The position numbers and the translations under genes are program-made. This document shows, piece by piece, positions 57,581 to 64,000 of a DNA stretch of 64,000 nucleotides; within the stretch, counting starts at the first letter, position 1, and the number at the start of each line of letters is the position of its first letter. Source of the DNA: Clostridia bacterium (GTDB taxonomy: Bacteria; Bacillota; Clostridia; Oscillospirales; CAG-272); assembly GCA_017462795.1 (NCBI GenBank), contig JAFTQL010000015.1, positions 7,825 to 71,824 on the forward strand. The letters run 5' to 3'. The notes beneath the pieces were generated by a model. That model saw only the letters and a list, made by a program, of their open reading frames with translations. It did not search any database and was not told where the DNA came from.

Positions 57581-58782
57581 TGCGTCCTCTTTTGTTTATC
57601 GTCGGCTATCATATCCTGTCCGTCCCCGCCGACAGGAGCGCTGATTTTGTCAATATGTGCTCCGCCGCGCAGATAGTCTATCACAGCGCGGGAGCGGGAA
57701 GGAGAGAGACGGAGGACGGACAGGAGGAGCGCAGATACTTCCGTCTCCGCCCCTCAGCCGCAAGACGGGCGGCGAGGATATGCAAAAGATACAGTATAGA
57801 TGTAAGGACAGAGAGCCGCCACGGTCTGCCCGAGCTTGCCCATGCTGTCTGCCGCCGACCTGGGATAATGCTTGGAATGGTCTTTTTTGCCGTCACGGTA
57901 TTTCTGTCGGGCAACGTCATCTGGGATATACGCGTTGAGGGAAACACACATGTCAGCGAGGATACGGTGGAGAGACTGCTTGCCGAAAGCGGTATATCCG
58001 TGGGAAGCGTCAAGAGCCGACTGGATATCGACAGCATAGAAAACCATGTTCTTATACTCACCGATGAGATATCGTGGATAAGCGTCAATGTCACGGGGAC
58101 GGTGGCGGATGTGGAGATAAGAGAGGCTGTAGCGCCTCCCGAGGAGCAGGACTATACCTCCTCCAATCTTGTGGCGGCACGCAACGGAACAGTGGTGCGG
58201 TTTGAGGAGGTGAGAGGAAATATCTCTGTGGAGCTTGGCGAGGCGGTATCCGAGGGGCAGCTTCTTGTGGGTGGAGTATACGGCTCGGATACCGAGGGAA
58301 CTCGTTTTGTCCGCTCCTCGGGACAGGTAATTGCCCTGTGCGAGAGGGAGTACAGAATAGAGATCCCGCTCAAATATGAGAAAAAAGTGTATACGGGAGA
58401 GCAAAAAATAAAAAAATCGCTTATTTTCTTTGAAAAAGAAGTAAAATTTTTTGGAAACAGTGGAAATTCATATACAAGTTGTGATACAATAGATACAGTA
58501 GAATATTTTGACCCATTCGGACTCGGAAAATTGCCTTTCGGTGTCCGTACCCTGAGAAGCTCGGAATACGTTACCGAGGAGGCAACGCTTACGGAGGAGC
58601 AGGCGAGGGAGCAGGCGTATTTTATACTGTGGCAGACCTTTGCCGAGGATGCCCCCGACGCTGTTGTCGCATCCAAGCATCTGTCGGGGCGCATTGAGGG
58701 CGATGTGTACATTCTTGAGGGAACGGTGGAGAGCCTTGAGAACATAGCTGTGGAGCAGGAGATAGAGGTCAGGATACAATAA
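57577..58782 (+). CDS. yqfD: sporulation protein YqfD (stage IV)
   Basis: TM then IWDIRVEGN, ISWISVNVTGT, NLVAARNG, EGQLLVGG; upstream of phoH. Confidence 0.85.
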   Translation: MMRPLLFIVGYHILSVPADRSADFVNMCSAAQIVYHSAGAGRRETEDGQEERRYFRLRPSAARRAARICKRYSIDVRTESRHGLPELAHAVCRRPGIMLGMVFFAVTVFLSGNVIWDIRVEGNTHVSEDTVERLLAESGISVGSVKSRLDIDSIENHVLILTDEISWISVNVTGTVADVEIREAVAPPEEQDYTSSNLVAARNGTVVRFEEVRGNISVELGEAVSEGQLLVGGVYGSDTEGTRFVRSSGQVIALCEREYRIEIPLKYEKKVYTGEQKIKKSLIFFEKEVKFFGNSGNSYTSCDTIDTVEYFDPFGLGKLPFGVRTLRSSEYVTEEATLTEEQAREQAYFILWQTFAEDAPDAVVASKHLSGRIEGDVYILEGTVESLENIAVEQEIEVRIQ

Positions 58783-58809
58783 CGGGAGAAGATAGGAATA
58801 CAGGAAAAT

Positions 58810-59850
58810 ATGGAAAAACACACAAGGACAGTAAGTATTGAAAGCTCGGAGATAACGGCGAGGCTGTTTGGCAGCTTTGATATCAACGTGCGTATGATCG
58901 AAAAAAGCTTTGACGTGAAGATACACAACCGCGCGGGAGAGGACGGTGACGCGGTGGTCATCAGCGGCGATAGCAGGGACGGCGTGAACATGGCGGCGGA
59001 TGCGGTGAAGTATCTCAAGGACATGGCGAGATACAACGAGACGCTTACCGAGCAGCAGGTGGGCTATGTGATGGAAATGATCAAGGACGGTAACCGTGAG
59101 GAGCTTGCCGACCTTGAGGGCGGCTGTATCTGCATAACCACACGCGGCAAGCCCATAAAGGCAAAGACCGTGGGACAGAAGAGATACGTTGAGTCCATAG
59201 AGAAGAACACTGTGGTGTTCGGTATCGGACCCGCGGGAACGGGAAAGACCTTTCTCGCGGTGGCAATGGCGGTCAAGGCGCTGAGAGAAAAGCAAGTGGC
59301 AAGGATAATCCTCACCCGTCCCGCCATCGAGGCGGGGGAGAAGCTGGGCTTTTTGCCGGGCGACCTGCAAAGCAAGATAGACCCATATCTGCGCCCGCTG
59401 TATGACGCGATGTTTGAGATGATGGGAGCGGAGAACTACCAGCGTCAGCTTGAAAAGGGAGCTATAGAGATCGCTCCTCTGGCGTACATGAGAGGACGCA
59501 CGCTGGACGACAGCTTTATAATACTTGATGAGGCGCAGAACGCAACTCCCGAGCAGATGAAGATGTTCCTCACACGTCTGGGCTTTAACTCCAAGGCGGT
59601 CATCACGGGCGACCTGACCCAGACCGACCTGCCCTACGGACAGAAGAGCGGGCTTGCGGTGGCGGTAAAAATACTTGAAGAGGTAGAGGATATCCATGTT
59701 CACGCCTTTACGGATAAGGACGTTGTGAGACACAAGCTTGTACAGCGTATAATCAGAGCTTACGAGAAGTACGAGAAGGCAAGCGCGGAGCAACGGGCTC
59801 AGCAAAGAGGACAAAGAAAACCCACGGGACAGAAGCAAGGAGACAGATAA
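58810..59850 (+). CDS. phoH: PhoH family ATPase
   Basis: GPAGTGKTFLA, RPAIEAGEKLGFLPGD, APLAYMRGRT, LDEAQN, DVVRH. Confidence 0.94.
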   Translation: MEKHTRTVSIESSEITARLFGSFDINVRMIEKSFDVKIHNRAGEDGDAVVISGDSRDGVNMAADAVKYLKDMARYNETLTEQQVGYVMEMIKDGNREELADLEGGCICITTRGKPIKAKTVGQKRYVESIEKNTVVFGIGPAGTGKTFLAVAMAVKALREKQVARIILTRPAIEAGEKLGFLPGDLQSKIDPYLRPLYDAMFEMMGAENYQRQLEKGAIEIAPLAYMRGRTLDDSFIILDEAQNATPEQMKMFLTRLGFNSKAVITGDLTQTDLPYGQKSGLAVAVKILEEVEDIHVHAFTDKDVVRHKLVQRIIRAYEKYEKASAEQRAQQRGQRKPTGQKQGDR

Positions 59851-59851
59851 G

Positions 59852-60334
59852 ATGAAAACAAAGACAATGATATATTTTATGAATAACACGGACACCGCGG
59901 TAAGCTATGCTCTCAAAATGCTTGTGCGCAGAGCGGTCACGGCTACGCTTGAGTATGAGGGCTTTCACAACGACTGCCAGGTGTCGGTGACCTTTACCGA
60001 TAACGAGGGGATAAGGAAGATAAACTCCGAGTTCAGAGGTATTGACAAGGAGACCGACGTGCTGTCCTTTCCGCTTACCGATTTTGAGGGCGGAGAAGAG
60101 CCGCCCACGGACGAGCCCCAGATAGCTCTCGGAGATATCGTCATATCCCTTGAAAGGGCAAAGACACAGGCTGAGGAATTCGGTCATTCCTTTGAGAGAG
60201 AGGCGGCATTCCTTTGCGTGCACTCCATGCTCCATCTGCTGGGCTACGACCACGTGAACAGCGAGGAAGAGGATGCCGAGATGAGACGCAGACAGAGAGA
60301 AGTACTTGAGAGAATGGGACTTGGAATCAACTGA
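59852..60334 (+). CDS. ybeY: rRNA maturation RNase YbeY
   Basis: TDVLSFP, LGDIVIS, HSMLHLLGYDH. Confidence 0.95.
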   Translation: MKTKTMIYFMNNTDTAVSYALKMLVRRAVTATLEYEGFHNDCQVSVTFTDNEGIRKINSEFRGIDKETDVLSFPLTDFEGGEEPPTDEPQIALGDIVISLERAKTQAEEFGHSFEREAAFLCVHSMLHLLGYDHVNSEEEDAEMRRRQREVLERMGLGIN

Positions 60335-60340
60335 GGGAGA

Positions 60341-61237
60341 GTGATGGATATGAAAAAGACAGGATTTATAGCAATAGTAGGACGCCCCAATGTGGGTAAA
60401 TCAACACTTATGAACTCTATTCTCGGAGAAAAGGTGGCTATAGTGTCAAATAAGCCACAGACTACGAGAAACAGAATAACGGGAATACACACAAGGGGCG
60501 ATGAGCAGTTTGTGTTCCTTGACACACCCGGTATGCACAGCCCCAAGAACAGCCTTGGCGAGTATATGGTAAAGGCGGCGGACAGCACCATGAGAGACGC
60601 GGACGCGGTGGTGCTTGTGGTGGACACGGGCAAGGATATTACCGCGGTTGAGGAGAATGTTATCGCGTATCTGAAAAAGAGCGGTATTCCCTCGGTGCTG
60701 GCACTGAACAAGATAGACATGTACAACAGGGAGCAGATAGCCGAAACTATCGCCAAATACGCGGACAAGCACAGCTTTGACGCCTTCGTGCCGATAAGCG
60801 CGAGAAGCGGAAAGAACGTGGACGAGCTGCTTGACGAGTGCGCAAAGTTCCTTGCGGAGTCGCAGTGGTTTTTCCCCGAGGATATGGTGACTGACCAGCC
60901 CGAGAGACAGATAGCGGCGGAGATAATCAGGGAGAAGATATTGAGAACTCTTAACAAGGAGATACCCCACGGTACGGCGGTGGTAATTGAGGAATTCAAG
61001 GACGAGAGAACGCTTATCAGCATAAGAGCGGAGATCTTCTGCGAGAAGGCATCTCACAAGGGGATCATTGTGGGAAAGAACGGCGCGTCCCTGAAGCTTA
61101 TCGGAACTTATGCGAGAGAGGATCTCGAGAAGCTGTTTGGAACGAAGGTATATTTGAATCTTTGGGTAAAGGTAAAGGAGAATTGGCGTGAGAGCGCGAG
61201 AACCGTTGGCAACTTCGGCTATCGCAATGAGGAATAA
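60341..61237 (+). CDS. era: GTPase Era
   Basis: GRPNVGKST, QTTR, DTPG, NKID, KH domain IVGKNG. Confidence 0.96.
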   Translation: MMDMKKTGFIAIVGRPNVGKSTLMNSILGEKVAIVSNKPQTTRNRITGIHTRGDEQFVFLDTPGMHSPKNSLGEYMVKAADSTMRDADAVVLVVDTGKDITAVEENVIAYLKKSGIPSVLALNKIDMYNREQIAETIAKYADKHSFDAFVPISARSGKNVDELLDECAKFLAESQWFFPEDMVTDQPERQIAAEIIREKILRTLNKEIPHGTAVVIEEFKDERTLISIRAEIFCEKASHKGIIVGKNGASLKLIGTYAREDLEKLFGTKVYLNLWVKVKENWRESARTVGNFGYRNEE

Positions 61238-61259
61238 TGAACTTACTTTATATCAGATT

Positions 61260-61285
61260 GTCGGGATCGGCGTCGATCCCGACAG
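61260..61285. other. strong hairpin without U tract between era and recO
   Basis: TGTCGGGATCG-GCGT-CGATCCCGACA. Confidence 0.6.
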
Positions 61286-61365
61286 ATGATAATTTAAAAC
61301 CGGATAAAATTGATTGTATCATTATATCTTATATGTCTTGAAAAAACAGAACCGGAGGTGAAGAT

Positions 61366-62163
61366 ATGCGAGCGACATGCGACGGTCTTGTCATACGTGA
61401 GGCGGCTTACGGCGAGAACGACAGATTGATCACCGTGCTTACGGCGGAGCAGGGGAAAATGCTCTTTACCGCAAAGGGCGCTCGCTCTCTGCGGTCAAAA
61501 ACCATGTCCGTCTGCCGTCTCTTTACCTATGCCAACTTTGAATATTACGAGAAAAACGGCAGAAGATGGCTGTCGGGCGGATCGGTCAATGACAGCTTTT
61601 TTGGTCTTACCGAGAATATGGAGGGCTTTGCCTTGGCGTCATATATCGTTCAGCTTGCCGCTGAGATCACAGGCGAGGATGTCCCTTGCCCCGAGGTCAT
61701 GCGCATGACCCTCAATACCCTTTACGCAATTGAGAAAAGGCTCAAGCCCTACGGTCAGCTTAAAAGCGCTTACGAGATCTTTGCCGCCAATATTTCGGGA
61801 TTCTCTCCCGAGCTTTGCGGTTGCTCTGAATGCGGCTGTGAGCAGAGCGACAGGGGCTGGTGGCTTGACGTTATGAATGGTCATCTGGTGTGCGCCGCCT
61901 GCTTCTCCGAGTCGGGACGGAGCGCGTCTCAGCTCCCCACCACCGATTCTCTCATGACCGCCAACATATTTCTGCCTCTCGACGGCTCTGCCCTCGCCGC
62001 GTGGCGGTATGTGTCCTCAGCGCCTCTCAAGCGAATATTCGCTTTCGGTGTCTCCGACGGCGACAGCATGAGAGCGCTTGAGCGGAGCGCCGAGACTTAC
62101 ATCACAAACCATCTTGAAAGAAGCTTTGACACCTTAGACTTTTATCACACGGTAAAGGAGTGA
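61366..62163 (+). CDS. recO: DNA repair protein RecO
   Basis: YGENDRLITVLT..GK...AKGAR; zinc finger CSECG..LVCAAC; follows era. Confidence 0.9.
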   Translation: MRATCDGLVIREAAYGENDRLITVLTAEQGKMLFTAKGARSLRSKTMSVCRLFTYANFEYYEKNGRRWLSGGSVNDSFFGLTENMEGFALASYIVQLAAEITGEDVPCPEVMRMTLNTLYAIEKRLKPYGQLKSAYEIFAANISGFSPELCGCSECGCEQSDRGWWLDVMNGHLVCAACFSESGRSASQLPTTDSLMTANIFLPLDGSALAAWRYVSSAPLKRIFAFGVSDGDSMRALERSAETYITNHLERSFDTLDFYHTVKE

Positions 62164-62168
62164 TAAGC

Positions 62169-64000
62169 ATGAATATAAAAGAAAAAACACTTACAACACT
62201 TGAATTTGATAAAATAAGACTTATGCTTGCCGACTGCTGTCCTACATCGGGAGCGGCGGCAATGGCAATGAGCCTCTGTCCCACCGACCGTATAGACATG
62301 GCAAGGCAAAGACAGACACGCACCACCGACGCAAAGCGGCTGTCCGATGCCAAGGGAATGCCCTCCTTCGGCAGTGTTACCGACGTGTCGGATATATGTG
62401 AGAGAGCCACCAAGGGCGCGGTGCTGACTCCGAGAGAGCTGCTTGATACGGCGGCGCTGTTGCGCTCATCAAGACAGCTCCTTGACTACATCAGGGCAAA
62501 CCGACTGTTTTCCACCGTGCTTGACGAGGTGTTTGAGCGGCTGTTGCCCAACAGGCAGCTTGAGGACAGAATAAGCCGCTCCATCGTCTCCGAGGAGCTT
62601 ATCGCCGACGAGGCAAGCCCCGCCCTTGCGGATGTAAGGCGCAAGATAAGGGTGGCAAACCTCAAGGTGAGAGAAGCGCTCGCCAAATACACCGGCGGAA
62701 GCTATTCAAAATATCTGCAGGAAAATATAGTCACACAGAGAAACGGACGTTACGTTATTCCCGTAAAGGCGGAGCACCGTAATGACGTTAAGGGACTGAT
62801 ACACGACACATCATCCTCGGGAGCGACTATATTCGTTGAGCCCATGGCGGTGGTGGATGCCAACAACGAGCTTACCATGCTTGAATCCCGTGAGGCACAC
62901 GAGATAGAAAAGGTGCTGTCCGAGCTTTCGGGAGAGGTAGCGGGAATTTCGCCCTCGCTTCTGCTTAACTACAGAAATATCACCGAGCTTGGCTTTGTTT
63001 TCGGTTGCGCCGAGCTTTCCCGCCGCATGGATGCCTGCGAGCCTATGCTTACGGAGGAGAGAAGGTGCGCGCTTATCAGGGCGCGCCATCCTCTCATAGA
63101 TAAAAAGGCGGTAGTACCCATCAGCCTTACCATAGGCGAGGATTTTGACACGCTCATTATCACGGGACCCAATACGGGCGGTAAGACGGTAACGCTCAAG
63201 ACCCTCGGTCTGTTTGCCGCCATGGCGCAGTCGGGACTGCATGTTCCTTGCGAGGAAGGAAGCGGACTGTGTATCTTTGAGAAGATACTTGTGGATCTCG
63301 GAGACGAGCAGAGCATAGAGCAATCGCTGTCCACATTCTCATCTCATATGGTCACCATCGTTTCCATTGTCAAGGAGAGAAATAACAGATCGCTTGTCCT
63401 TTTCGACGAGCTTGGAGCGGGCACCGACCCCGTTGAGGGAGCGGCGCTGGCGGTGGCTGTTATCGAGGACATGAGATCGGCGGGAGCAATGTGCCTCGCC
63501 ACAACTCACTATACAGAGCTTAAAACATATGCTCTCGATACCCCCGGTGTCACCAACGCGTCCTGTGAGTTTGACGTGGAGACACTCCGTCCCACCTACA
63601 AGCTGATCATCGGCACTCCGGGTAAGTCAAACGCTTTCGCTATTTCCGAAAAGCTGGGACTTCCTCGCTCTCTTGTGGAGCGTGCGGGCGAGCTTGTGGG
63701 AAGCGAGAACAAAAAGCTGGAGAATATACTTGGCGACCTTGAGGCAATGCGTATCCAAACCGAGAAGCAGCTTGACGAGGCAAGGCGCATGAAGGAGGAA
63801 TATGAGGCGTTCAAAAAGCAAGCCGAGGCTGACATCGGAAAGAGACTTGCCGACGCGGACAAGACGCTGGAGAATGCCAGAAGCAAGGCGCAGAACATGG
63901 TGGACAGCGCAAAGATATCCAGCGACTTTATCATGGAGCAGATGGACAAGCTTAAAAAGCAGAAGGATTCCGAAAGGCTTGGAGACGAGCTTGCCAAGGC
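62169..64000 (+). CDS. mutS2: endonuclease MutS2 (truncated by window edge; not in the ORF track)
   Basis: MNIKEKTLTTLEFDKI; RYVIPVKAE, HDTSSSGATIFVEP, RARHPLI, ITGPNTGGKT, DEQSIEQSLSTFSSHM, DELGAGTDPVEGAALA. Confidence 0.93.
   Translation, partial: MNIKEKTLTTLEFDKIRLMLADCCPTSGAAAMAMSLCPTDRIDMARQRQTRTTDAKRLSDAKGMPSFGSVTDVSDICERATKGAVLTPRELLDTAALLRSSRQLLDYIRANRLFSTVLDEVFERLLPNRQLEDRISRSIVSEELIADEASPALADVRRKIRVANLKVREALAKYTGGSYSKYLQENIVTQRNGRYVIPVKAEHRNDVKGLIHDTSSSGATIFVEPMAVVDANNELTMLESREAHEIEKVLSELSGEVAGISPSLLLNYRNITELGFVFGCAELSRRMDACEPMLTEERRCALIRARHPLIDKKAVVPISLTIGEDFDTLIITGPNTGGKTVTLKTLGLFAAMAQSGLHVPCEEGSGLCIFEKILVDLGDEQSIEQSLSTFSSHMVTIVSIVKERNNRSLVLFDELGAGTDPVEGAALAVAVIEDMRSAGAMCLATTHYTELKTYALDTPGVTNASCEFDVETLRPTYKLIIGTPGKSNAFAISEKLGLPRSLVERAGELVGSENKKLENILGDLEAMRIQTEKQLDEARRMKEEYEAFKKQAEADIGKRLADADKTLENARSKAQNMVDSAKISSDFIMEQMDKLKKQKDSERLGDELAK

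Noticed and set aside
1041-63997. many long antisense or alternative-frame ORFs in the track (e.g. 1041-1964, 4487-5491, 10171-11490, 34155-35345, 58468-59895)
   Set aside because: They shadow well-supported genes, lack motifs and SD sequences, and are expected from codon bias at this GC content.

Overview
Chromosomal window (coding regions roughly 50-55% GC by eye, AT-rich intergenic DNA) from a spore-forming Firmicute, most likely an uncultured Clostridia lineage (spoVAD/spoVAE, ylbJ, yqfC/yqfD present). It is mostly housekeeping and transport genes: two YtrA-type GntR/ABC operons, rfbH plus a ThDP enzyme, eda-kdgK, glutamine synthetase III, a Zn/Mn ABC uptake operon, two tandem MacB-like ABC fusions, asnS-asnA, a DUF5685/J-domain cluster, rpmH-rnpA-yidD-yidC-jag (with no adjacent dnaA), holA, smpB-ssrA, and phoH-ybeY-era-recO-mutS2. 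No integrase, transposase, cas gene or CRISPR array was seen. The most interesting signals are small or non-coding. (1) A Cys/His-rich membrane leader ORF whose last codons form a 24-bp helix with the Shine-Dalgarno of the metal-binding lipoprotein gene; this is a candidate metal-sensing ribosome-stalling attenuator. (2) An unannotated type I toxin-antitoxin-like locus upstream of rpmH. (3) Two palindromic units built from the tmRNA 3' end. (4) A long structured leader with terminator ahead of a low-GC BspA/LRR lipoprotein gene. (5) Several REP-like repeat families, including a composite element with a DnaA-box-like 9-mer. All product calls come from recognising motifs by eye; no database search was run.
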